52,247 nucleotides of DNA, from contig CAYINU010000001.1 in NCBI GenBank assembly GCA_964364855.1, forward strand, positions 23,110-75,356. The letters are read 5' to 3'. Every line of letters begins with the position of its first letter. Positions within the stretch are counted from its first letter, which is position 1. This document shows, piece by piece, positions 1 through 8,050 of the stretch. Under the pieces are notes generated by a model, which made no database searches, was not told where the DNA came from, and saw only the letters and a program-made list of their open reading frames with translations. The position numbers and the translations under genes are program-made. Source of the DNA: an uncultured Candidatus Marinamargulisbacteria bacterium (GTDB taxonomy: Bacteria > Margulisbacteria > Marinamargulisbacteria > CAYINU01).

Positions 1-556
1 GGGTATTAATTTTAGTCAGGACCTGCATAATCTCCCAGGACGTATCAGGGTCGAGATTCCCCGTCGGTTCGTCAGCAAGCAGAATGGGCGGATTGTTCAC
101 GATGGCCCGGGCAATACAGATACGTTGCTGCTCACCACCGGAGAGCTGTTCGGGAAGGGATTTCATTTTTTGTTCTAGACCCACCAACTCCAACACCTGT
201 GCCACTTGGCGCCGGATGCGGGAGCGAGGTTGGTGGGTAACGCGCAGGGCAAAGGCGACGTTCTCATAGACGGTGCGCCGAGGCAACAACTTATAATCCT
301 GGAAAATAACCCCGATATTTCGCCGCAAAAACGGAATTTGTTTGTCGGTCAGATCTTTTAGAGAAATGTGATCAATGCAAATATCGCCGGAAGTCGGGAC
401 ATCTGCACGAAACACCATGTTGAGCAGGGTTGATTTTCCGGCACCCGATTGGCCCACCAAAAACACGAATTCGTCGTTGCTGATGGTGAGATTGACACTG
501 TCTAGAGAAATAAAGCCGTTGGCGTAGCGCTTGGTCAGGTTTTTGATTTTGATCAT
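1..556 (-). CDS. ftsE: Cell division ABC transporter ATP-binding protein FtsE, C-terminus cut by the window edge
   Basis: Reverse translation from ATG at 554-556 gives MIKIKNLTKRYANG...GQSGAGKSTLLN (Walker A)...LSGGEQQRICIARAIVNNPPILLADEPTGNLD (ABC signature and Walker B). Collinear with E. coli FtsE. Confidence 0.85.
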   Translation of the reverse strand, partial: MIKIKNLTKRYANGFISLDSVNLTISNDEFVFLVGQSGAGKSTLLNMVFRADVPTSGDICIDHISLKDLTDKQIPFLRRNIGVIFQDYKLLPRRTVYENVAFALRVTHQPRSRIRRQVAQVLELVGLEQKMKSLPEQLSGGEQQRICIARAIVNNPPILLADEPTGNLDPDTSWEIMQVLTKINT

Positions 557-558
557 CT

Positions 559-1614
559 CTATGAAAAGATTCCCATGCGCACTTTCCAGTTGATAATATC
601 GTTTAGCACCACCATGACCATGAGGGTCACCAGTAGGGCTACGCCGGTATTCATAATGCGCGTCTCCCATTTGGTGCTGAGGGGTTTGCCGCGAACCGCT
701 TCGACACCCAGTAGCAAGATATGCCCGCCATCCAGTACAGGAAGGGGAACCAAGTTAATGACACCCAAACTAATGCTAATGACGGCCATAATGCCCAGCA
801 TCGGCACCAGACCTTTTTGGGCCTGAGAACTCGTTAGCTGAATAATACCTACCGGACCCATGAGATCGCCGACGCTAGCTTCGCGGGTGATCAGCATGCG
901 AATGGATTTGAAAAACATGCCCATCTGCCGCCATGTTTCGATGGCGCCCGCACGAACGGCCTGGGGTAAAGAATAGGGGACATGGGGTGCGGCCAGCTGA
1001 ATGCCGATGGCATAGGTGGTTTTGGAATTGCCTAGCAGCCGGGGTTGAATGGGACCTGCCTGAAAAAGGTGGTTTTCCCGTTTTATCGTCAGCGTGACCG
1101 GCTTGCCGGCGGATCGGTGGACCGTTGTGATGATATCCGACATCGGATCGGTTACGGCATGACCGTTTACGGCTAGAATCTTGTCGCCGACTCTTAGTCC
1201 TGCGGACTGGGCTGGGCTGCCCGTGATGACTTTATCGATAGCGTTGCTCAGCTGGGTCGGTGCGCCCACAATGGCAAAAAGGGTGGTAAGCAGCAAAAAC
1301 CCCAACACAATGTTGGAGAGGGGGCCGGCCAAAATGGTGATGAGCCGTGCGTAGACCGGCTTTTGGCGATAGTTTTCTTGGGGAGGGATGTCGGCTTCGG
1401 GGTCTTCGAGGCCGGACAGTTTTACAAATCCTCCCAAGGGCAGAAGGCGCAAAAAATACCGCGTATTTTTGTACTGAAAAGACGCCAGTTTCGGACCCAT
1501 TCCCACGCTAAATTCGGGGACGCCGATGCCCATCGCTTTTGCGGCCAACATATGCCCAAGCTCGTGGATAAAAACAATAATACTGAGGCCGATTAAGCCA
1601 AAAATAACACCCAT
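559..1614 (-). CDS. rseP: RIP site-2 metalloprotease RseP (M50 family with PDZ domain)
   Basis: HELGH zinc motif near the N-terminus, a PDZ-like segment (GSPAQSAGLRVGDKILAVNGHAV) and the C-terminal NLVPLPVLDGGHI motif. The track ORF (to 1797) overlaps the tkt 3' end, so I chose the internal ATG (MGVIFGLIG...). A TTG a few codons upstream is also possible. Confidence 0.85.
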   Translation of the reverse strand: MGVIFGLIGLSIIVFIHELGHMLAAKAMGIGVPEFSVGMGPKLASFQYKNTRYFLRLLPLGGFVKLSGLEDPEADIPPQENYRQKPVYARLITILAGPLSNIVLGFLLLTTLFAIVGAPTQLSNAIDKVITGSPAQSAGLRVGDKILAVNGHAVTDPMSDIITTVHRSAGKPVTLTIKRENHLFQAGPIQPRLLGNSKTTYAIGIQLAAPHVPYSLPQAVRAGAIETWRQMGMFFKSIRMLITREASVGDLMGPVGIIQLTSSQAQKGLVPMLGIMAVISISLGVINLVPLPVLDGGHILLLGVEAVRGKPLSTKWETRIMNTGVALLVTLMVMVVLNDIINWKVRMGIFS

Positions 1615-1658
1615 AATCGCCGTTAATGATACCAATTTTAGGGCAAAAGGGGAACGAC

Positions 1659-3665
1659 TTAGCGGTGGGCGCGAATGGCGGATAAAATGGCGTCTGTCGT
1701 TAAGCCATATTGGACAGAAAGGTCCTTGGCCGGCGCGCTTTTTCCGAAGTGGTCGACGGTAAAGAGCAGGGGATCCCGGCCCGTCCATCGATGCCACCCA
1801 AAAGAAGACTGGGCTTCAATCACCACAAATTGTTTGGCGGTTGGAGGGATGGTTTGGGTTTGGTAGGCTGGTGGTTGCTGGAGGAATAATTCCCAACTCG
1901 GCATGGACACCACACGGACACGATATGTAGTGGCCAACCCGGTTGCGACCTCGGTGGCTAAGGCCAGCTCAGATCCGGTTGTCAGGATGCAGTAGTCGAT
2001 GTCGTTTCCGGATTCGCTCACTACGACATAGGCCCCTTTTTGCGTCCCGGCAATCGAGGTTGCGGACAAATCCTTAAGGTTTTGGCGAGACAAAATCAAC
2101 GCCGTAGGGCCAGGATTATGCAGGGCGGCAAGCCAGGCACCTTTGACTTCGTTGGCATCGCCGGGGCGGATGACCGTCAGATTGGGCATGGCCCGAAGAG
2201 ACGCCAAATGTTCTACCGGCTGGTGTGTCGGGCCATCTTCGCCCAACAAAATCGAGTCATGGGTAAATTGGTAAATTACCGGTAAATGCATCAGTGCAGC
2301 CAAGCGGATGGCGTTACGCATATAGTCCGAAAAGGTCAGAAAGGTTCCACAAAACGGACGAATCATGCCTTGCAGGGCAAGCCCGTTGGCAATGGTGCCC
2401 ATCGCAAATTCACGAACGCCATATTTGATGTTGCGACCAGCAAATTGACCGCGCGACACAACGCCGCCTTTTTTCATCCAAGTATTGTCCGAGCAGGATA
2501 GGTCGGCGGATCCGCTGATCAGATTGGGCAAGGTATCATGCAATACATCCAACACGCCTTGGGAGGATTTGCGCGTGGCGGCGTTGTCCGGAAGTTTGGC
2601 CTGAGCGACCGCTTCGGCAACAGAGACGGGGAGCTGACGGCCAAGGTAGCTGTCCCACTGCGCGGCCAACTCGGGATGTGCGGCTCGCCAGATGGCAAAA
2701 TCGGACTGCCAGTTGGCATACATGGCGGACTGTTCGGCGCGGCGATTTTTAAAATAAGACCGCACGGAGTCCGGTACAAAAAACAAGGGGGACTCCGGAA
2801 TGCCGTGGGCCGCTTTGGTCAGGGCCACTTCTTTGGCACCGAGGGCTTTTCCGTGGACTTCGCTGGTGCCTTGGTAGGTCGGAGATCCTTTTCCAATGGT
2901 GGTTTTGGCAATTATTAATACGGGCTGATTCCGGATGGTTTTTGCGGTTTGAATCGCCGTGTCGATGGCGTCAAAATCGTGGCCATTGATAGACAATACG
3001 TGCCAACCGTAGGCCATAAACCGTTGGCCGACATTTTCGGTAAAACATTCGGTGGTGGGTCCATCCAGACAGATAGCATTGGCATCATAAATAACGACCA
3101 GATTTCCCAGCCCCAGATGGCCGGCCAGAGATGCCGATTCGGCAGTGACGCCTTCCATCATGCAGCCGTCACCGGCAAGGACATAGACCGTTGGGTCCAG
3201 CAATCCGGTATTTTGCAAGTGAAAAGTGTCGCGAATAAGGTGGTTGCCTAGCGACATCCCCACGGCCATACCGACGCCTTGACCCAGGGGGCCCGTGGTG
3301 GCTTCGATCCCCGGGGCTTCGCCGTACTCCGGATGGCCGGCACAAGGCGAGTGCAGCTGCCGGAAACGTTGGATAGCAGATAAGGACAGATTAAAGCCCG
3401 AGAGATGCAGCGCACTGTAAAGCAGCATGGAGCCATGGCCGGCAGATAGGACAAAACGGTCGCGCGCTACCCAGTCCGGGTGTTTGGGATCGTGATTAAG
3501 TGCAACACCGTACAGATAGGCACCGATTTCAGCACAACCCAAGGGCAGCCCGGGGTGACCACTATTGGCGGCCTCGATGGCGTCCATCGACAATCCCCGA
3601 ATGGTGGCGGCAACGGCGGCGAGGTCTATTTTTTGTGTGGCTGATAGCGGCGCAGGCAAGCTCAT
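1659..3665 (-). CDS. tkt: Transketolase
   Basis: Motifs SGHPG, GDGCMMEG and the C-terminal transketolase domain. Start set at MSLPAPLSATQKID, because the longer track ORF would overlap the mazG 3' end. Confidence 0.9.
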   Translation of the reverse strand: MSLPAPLSATQKIDLAAVAATIRGLSMDAIEAANSGHPGLPLGCAEIGAYLYGVALNHDPKHPDWVARDRFVLSAGHGSMLLYSALHLSGFNLSLSAIQRFRQLHSPCAGHPEYGEAPGIEATTGPLGQGVGMAVGMSLGNHLIRDTFHLQNTGLLDPTVYVLAGDGCMMEGVTAESASLAGHLGLGNLVVIYDANAICLDGPTTECFTENVGQRFMAYGWHVLSINGHDFDAIDTAIQTAKTIRNQPVLIIAKTTIGKGSPTYQGTSEVHGKALGAKEVALTKAAHGIPESPLFFVPDSVRSYFKNRRAEQSAMYANWQSDFAIWRAAHPELAAQWDSYLGRQLPVSVAEAVAQAKLPDNAATRKSSQGVLDVLHDTLPNLISGSADLSCSDNTWMKKGGVVSRGQFAGRNIKYGVREFAMGTIANGLALQGMIRPFCGTFLTFSDYMRNAIRLAALMHLPVIYQFTHDSILLGEDGPTHQPVEHLASLRAMPNLTVIRPGDANEVKGAWLAALHNPGPTALILSRQNLKDLSATSIAGTQKGAYVVVSESGNDIDYCILTTGSELALATEVATGLATTYRVRVVSMPSWELFLQQPPAYQTQTIPPTAKQFVVIEAQSSFGWHRWTGRDPLLFTVDHFGKSAPAKDLSVQYGLTTDAILSAIRAHR

Positions 3666-3694
3666 ACGAGCGCATCTTAACAAAAATGCAGCCT

Positions 3695-4465
3695 TTATCC
3701 AACGGCTCCCTTGGCATGGGTCCATAGGGTTTCCCACGCAGCCGGTGACAAGGCCGCGAGGTCTTGGTTTTGCCGCATGGCTTCGGCCTCCATCCATTCA
3801 AATCGCCGCATAAATTTCTGATTGCTTTTTCGCAGAGATTCCTCGGCATTAATGTTTAACTTTCGGCCCAAATTCACCGCTGCAAATAAGACGTCGCCCA
3901 TCTCGATCTCGGCTTGGCTGCTGTCATTTTGGTTGGCGGCAGCCGCTAGCTCGGCCAATTCCTCGGTGACTTTTTCTGCGGGACCTCGGATGTCTGCCGG
4001 GGCCCAATCAAATCCCAGCCTAGATACTCGTTTTTGAATTTTCTCTGCTTGCAGCAATGCTGGAAAATGCCGGGGAATAGAGGCCAAGACCGATCCCTCT
4101 TTTTCTGTTTTTTTAATCTGCTCCCAGTTGGTCCACACGTCATCCACGGATCCGACCTTGGTGTTGCCAAAGACATGGGGGTGGCGGCGGACCATTTTCT
4201 CCGCTACGCCACTGGCGATGTCGTCGAGTGTAAACCAAGACTGTTCCTGGGCCATCAGCCCCATCATCACGACATGCAGCAACAGATCGCCCAGCTCTTC
4301 GCGAATGGCCTCCCGGTCATGACGCTCAATGGCATCCACCAGTTCATACGCTTCCTCGATGATATAGGGAGTTAGACTTTGAAAGGTTTGGGCTTTGTCC
4401 CAGGGGCATCCGTTGGGGCCACGTAATGCTTGGACTATTTCAACTAATTTTTGATGCCCAGTCAT
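3695..4465 (-). CDS. mazG: Nucleoside triphosphate pyrophosphohydrolase MazG
   Basis: Tandem MazG domains, with CPWDKAQT and EEAYELVDAI...GDLLLHV motifs. Confidence 0.85.
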   Translation of the reverse strand: MTGHQKLVEIVQALRGPNGCPWDKAQTFQSLTPYIIEEAYELVDAIERHDREAIREELGDLLLHVVMMGLMAQEQSWFTLDDIASGVAEKMVRRHPHVFGNTKVGSVDDVWTNWEQIKKTEKEGSVLASIPRHFPALLQAEKIQKRVSRLGFDWAPADIRGPAEKVTEELAELAAAANQNDSSQAEIEMGDVLFAAVNLGRKLNINAEESLRKSNQKFMRRFEWMEAEAMRQNQDLAALSPAAWETLWTHAKGAVG

Positions 4466-4472
4466 TAAAGCC

Positions 4473-4949
4473 TTAAAGAGCGGCTTTTTTGAAAAAATTC
4501 TCTTTTTCGTCCTGGTCTAATCCCTGCTCGAAAGTAGACTTTTCATCGGCCTCGGCAATGAGAACATGTTCGGGCGTGAAAAGGAAGATATTTTCGCCGA
4601 TTTTGAGCATATGGCCGTTGATGGCATAGGCCGTTCCACAAACGAAGTCGATGAGGCGCTTACCGGCGGCGGAGTCCAAATACTTGAGGCTGACGATAAC
4701 AGGCTTGCCCTCGCGCAGGTGGGTAGCGATGTTTAAGGAGTCTTCATAGATGCGGGGTTCTTCGACTTTGATTTCGTTTAAGGCCATGTGTTGTGTGGCG
4801 CTGGAAACCAACGTGCCACGAAAGCCACGAATGACGGGGCGGGACACCGATTCCTTGGTGGATTTGGAACTAGAACCATTAACTGTGCTGGGGATTTCAG
4901 CATCGTCTTCGAATCCGAAAAAAATTTTCACTTTTTGCATCATGGTCAT
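4473..4949 (-). CDS. sepF: Cell division protein SepF
   Basis: The C-terminal DUF552-like core (IKVEEPRIYEDSLNIATHLREGKPVIVSL...GHMLKIGENIFLFTP) and its position directly downstream of yggS match the conserved ylmE-ylmF arrangement. Confidence 0.8.
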   Translation of the reverse strand: MTMMQKVKIFFGFEDDAEIPSTVNGSSSKSTKESVSRPVIRGFRGTLVSSATQHMALNEIKVEEPRIYEDSLNIATHLREGKPVIVSLKYLDSAAGKRLIDFVCGTAYAINGHMLKIGENIFLFTPEHVLIAEADEKSTFEQGLDQDEKENFFKKAAL

Positions 4950-4956
4950 GGGGTCC

Positions 4957-5694
4957 TCACTTTATTAGACGTTGGCCGACACGGATCATGGTACTACCTT
5001 CAAGGATCGCGAGCGGATAGTCTTGGCTCATCCCCATACTTAGCGTGTCAAAGTCATTATAAACCATACGAAATTGATTAAACAATCGCCTAACCTCATG
5101 AAATTCCTTACGGACCTGATCGGCAATGTCTGTGAAGCTGGCCATGGCCATGAGTCCTCGGAGCTTGAGGTGGGACAATTTGGAAATAGCAACCACCAGG
5201 GATTCCAGTTGTCCGGGTGGCACGCCATACTTGGTTTCCTCTTGGGCGACTTTGACTTGAACCAGGACCGGCATTACTTTGTTTGCCTGGGCGCAGGCGG
5301 TGTCCAGTTTCTCGGCTAGGGCCAGGCTGTCGATGGACTGGATCATGTCAAACGCGGTGACAGCTTGTTTGACTTTATTGGACTGCAAATGACCGATCAG
5401 ATGCCATGCAACACCCAGACGCCCCAACGCATTTTGCTTTTCCATGGCAGATTGGACGCGATTTTCAGCGACGTCGGTAATACCTGCTGCGACCAAGGCC
5501 TCAACATCGGACAATGTTGCTGATTTGATAACGGCAACAAGGTCCAGACTCCGAATACCAAACTGGATTCCCGCCTGCGCGGGAATGACATGGGGCCGAG
5601 CGGCGGTGACCTTTGCTAAGGCAAGAAATCGGTCAATGTCATCGCGTACGGTCTGGACATTGTGAGCAATTTCAGAAGTGCGGGAAGTGGTCAT
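4957..5694 (-). CDS. yggS: YggS-family pyridoxal phosphate homeostasis protein, carrying an in-frame palindromic insert
   Basis: Collinear with E. coli YggS (WHLIGHLQSNK, LRGLMAMA, LSMGMSQDY, GSTMIRVG). It has an extra segment of about 15 aa, HVIPAQAGIQFGIRS, near the N-terminus. Confidence 0.85.
   Translation of the reverse strand: MTTSRTSEIAHNVQTVRDDIDRFLALAKVTAARPHVIPAQAGIQFGIRSLDLVAVIKSATLSDVEALVAAGITDVAENRVQSAMEKQNALGRLGVAWHLIGHLQSNKVKQAVTAFDMIQSIDSLALAEKLDTACAQANKVMPVLVQVKVAQEETKYGVPPGQLESLVVAISKLSHLKLRGLMAMASFTDIADQVRKEFHEVRRLFNQFRMVYNDFDTLSMGMSQDYPLAILEGSTMIRVGQRLIK
5577..5596. repeat. Perfect 8-bp stem, 4-nt loop palindrome ATTCCCGC-CTGC-GCGGGAAT inside yggS
   Basis: Read directly from the sequence. 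The other frames translate as DSRLRGND and IPACAGMT. Confidence 0.7.
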
Positions 5695-6662
5695 TAACGG
5701 TGGGATCGATACCAGTTCACCGTTGACGCCAATCCCTCATCCAGAGGGATTGGATCTTGTACCAGCCCGGCGTCTATTGATTTTCTGACATCGGCCAGTG
5801 AATCACGGACGTCACCCGGACGCGAAGGGGTGTGAACCGGATCGGCTGTGCTGCCGGTGAGACCTTTGATTTTTTGGGCCAGTTCGCCGACGGAAATGTG
5901 CACGCCGCATCCGATATTAAAGGCTTGTCCAAACCAGGATTGGTCCGCATGACAGGCCGCCAAATTGGCTTTCACGACATTGTCGATGTAGGTAAAATCA
6001 CGGGTTTGGCCACCATCACCGTGGATTTGCGCAGGGGTGTTCGCCAGGCCCGCTTTGGTGAATAGGGGAATGACCGCCGCATACTGGGAGTTTGGATTTT
6101 GGCGGGCCCCGAAAACATTGAAGTAACGCAGGGCGATAGTCGGCAGGCTATAGCAATCCCAAAACAGCCTACAATACCCTTCACCGACCCACTTGGTGAG
6201 GGCGTAGGGGGACTTGGGGGTGCCAATCATGGTTTCGACTTTGGGAAGGACGAGGGTATCCCCATATACCGACGAGGATGAGGCAAATACAAACCGTTTG
6301 ACCTTGGCATCCCGTGCGGCAAAGAGCATGTTAAAGGTGCCTGTGATGTTGTTGTCGTGGTAGAGTGCGGGTTCAGTCATGGAACGGGGAACCGAGCCCA
6401 AAGCGGCTTGATGTAACACGTAATCTGCTCCAGATACCACACGCTGACAGGTTTCCAAATCGCGGATATCACCCTCAATGAAGGTGAATTGGTCGGGCGA
6501 GCTGGACGCATTTTTCAAAAAGTCGATGGTGGGTTTAAACCCGGACGCAAAGTTGTCTAACCCCACAACCGTTGCGCCTTGGTTTAGCAACGTATGGGCG
6601 ATGTGGGAGCCGATAAAACCGGCAACGCCGGTGACGACATAAACAGACGGTTTGGAAGCCAT
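5694..6662 (-). CDS. NAD-dependent nucleotide-sugar epimerase/dehydratase (extended SDR, WbpP/UDP-GlcNAc 4-epimerase-like)
   Basis: N-terminal GVAGFIGSH Rossmann motif and YALTK catalytic motif. Length and layout are typical of extended SDR epimerases. Confidence 0.8.
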   Translation of the reverse strand: MASKPSVYVVTGVAGFIGSHIAHTLLNQGATVVGLDNFASGFKPTIDFLKNASSSPDQFTFIEGDIRDLETCQRVVSGADYVLHQAALGSVPRSMTEPALYHDNNITGTFNMLFAARDAKVKRFVFASSSSVYGDTLVLPKVETMIGTPKSPYALTKWVGEGYCRLFWDCYSLPTIALRYFNVFGARQNPNSQYAAVIPLFTKAGLANTPAQIHGDGGQTRDFTYIDNVVKANLAACHADQSWFGQAFNIGCGVHISVGELAQKIKGLTGSTADPVHTPSRPGDVRDSLADVRKSIDAGLVQDPIPLDEGLASTVNWYRSHR

Positions 6663-6699
6663 TGCCGGTCACAATATCGTTGGGGGGTTAAAACCGTCA

Positions 6700-6717
6700 A
6701 TTTCCGAAACAGGAAAT
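6700..6717 (-). terminator. Weak hairpin ATTTCC-N6-GGAAAT directly after the nitrilase-family stop codon
   Basis: A 6-bp inverted repeat seen in the sequence. On the minus strand it is followed by TGACGGTTTT. The stem is short, so terminator function is uncertain. Confidence 0.25.
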
Positions 6718-6718
6718 C

Positions 6719-7537
6719 CTACTGAAAGTCGGCAAGTGTCCGCCGATGGGACAGTGAGGGCAATTGCGTGCGCACTGCATTTAGGCGGTCAAAATCCAGC
6801 GTGGCGACCAGGACTTCCTCTTGGTCTGGGCTGCCCTCGGCCAGTACTTCACCCCATGGGTCTATGATCAGGCTATGGCCGAAAGTGGGGCTGTTTTGTG
6901 CTCCGACACCGACCTGGTTGGGTGCGATGACAAAACAATAGTTTTCAATCGCACGGGCGCGCAGCAGCACATGCCAATGGGCCTGGCCAGTTACGGCCAT
7001 AAACGAAGCGGGTACACTGAGGAGCTGTGCGCCCATATGACTGTAGTAGCGGTACAATTCCGGAAACCGCAAGTCATAGCAGATGGACAATCCGGTCTTA
7101 ATCCCCGCGATGTCCACCCAAACAGGACGGGTTCCAGCAATAAACGATCGGGATTCCCGTATGGTGGCGGTGGGCAGGGCACTGTCAAACAAGTGCAATT
7201 TTCTGTACTGTGCGACACAAATGCCCTCCGGCGAAATGACCACGCTGGTATTGTGCATTTTTTCGGGTATTGTGGCGGCTTCGGCTAGGCTGCCGACGAT
7301 GATCCAAACGGATTTGGTTTTGGCCAACTGCATCAGGGGTTGTAAAGACGGTCCGGGGATGGGCTCGGCACGATCGTGGCGGATGACAAATGCCCGGTAA
7401 TTAAAGACTTCCGGCAACGCCACCACTTTGGCGCCTTGGGCAATGGCGGCTTCACAAAGCGTCATGGCGCGCGCCACATTGTGGGCCTTGTCGGAGATGC
7501 TATTCATCTGAATGGCGGCGACGACGAGTCGGCTCAT
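6719..7537 (-). CDS. Carbon-nitrogen hydrolase (nitrilase superfamily) protein
   Basis: Contexts matching the Glu-Lys-Cys triad: ALPEVFNY, KLHLFD, GLSICYDLRFPE. Confidence 0.8.
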   Translation of the reverse strand: MSRLVVAAIQMNSISDKAHNVARAMTLCEAAIAQGAKVVALPEVFNYRAFVIRHDRAEPIPGPSLQPLMQLAKTKSVWIIVGSLAEAATIPEKMHNTSVVISPEGICVAQYRKLHLFDSALPTATIRESRSFIAGTRPVWVDIAGIKTGLSICYDLRFPELYRYYSHMGAQLLSVPASFMAVTGQAHWHVLLRARAIENYCFVIAPNQVGVGAQNSPTFGHSLIIDPWGEVLAEGSPDQEEVLVATLDFDRLNAVRTQLPSLSHRRTLADFQ

Positions 7538-8010
7538 GCGGCGTCACCTAACCGGCGTGTCTTAAGAACGGGGAGTTTTTGGTAGATTTTATTCAAATGG
7601 GTTTTGAGGGTTGATTTTGAGATAGAAAGGCGGGCAATCAATTGGCGATTGCTCAACCCTTCCAAAATCAAGCCCGCGATTTCTTTTTCGCGTTTGGAGA
7701 GGGCTTCAAAAGCCGTTTCCGGAAACGATGCCCTTTCGGGCGAGTCAAATAGGACGGTGAGTTGTTGGTCCTGGTCTTGATAGTGGGTGACTTCGTAGCG
7801 GTGCCCATAAATATCGACCCGTGAGCAAAGCGAAACGCCGAAGCCCGAGAAATCGGGATGGCGGGAATCCTTTTCGCATTCCTGGCACTTTTGGCCAACC
7901 TGGTTACCGCAGATCGATTGGGCCATGTCATTCTGATAAAAAACGGCCCCTTTTTTCTGCCGTTTGCAAAGGCCGACCTCGATAGTTGGGGGTGTGCGCT
8001 GCTTTGACAT
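7534..8010 (-). CDS. LuxR/GerE-family HTH regulator with a Cys-rich N-terminal sensor-like domain
   Basis: C-terminal SKREKEIAGLILEGLSNRQLIARLSISKSTLKTHLNKIYQKL is a GerE-type HTH. The N-terminal 90 aa contain 5 Cys, including CQEC. Confidence 0.7.
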   Translation of the reverse strand: MSKQRTPPTIEVGLCKRQKKGAVFYQNDMAQSICGNQVGQKCQECEKDSRHPDFSGFGVSLCSRVDIYGHRYEVTHYQDQDQQLTVLFDSPERASFPETAFEALSKREKEIAGLILEGLSNRQLIARLSISKSTLKTHLNKIYQKLPVLKTRRLGDAA

Positions 8011-8050
8011 CTCCGTTATTCTAACCTAGGGTAGGGGGTTGCGTCGCCCC

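Noticed and set aside
1615-1797. Long N-terminal extensions of track ORFs (rseP to 1797, tkt to 3797, fadB to 20349, fmdB to 23852, ccoP from 12876, ccoG from 13576)
   Set aside because: The extensions overlap the 3' ends of upstream genes and lack homology. Internal starts give canonical N-termini with typical 1-4 nt junctions.
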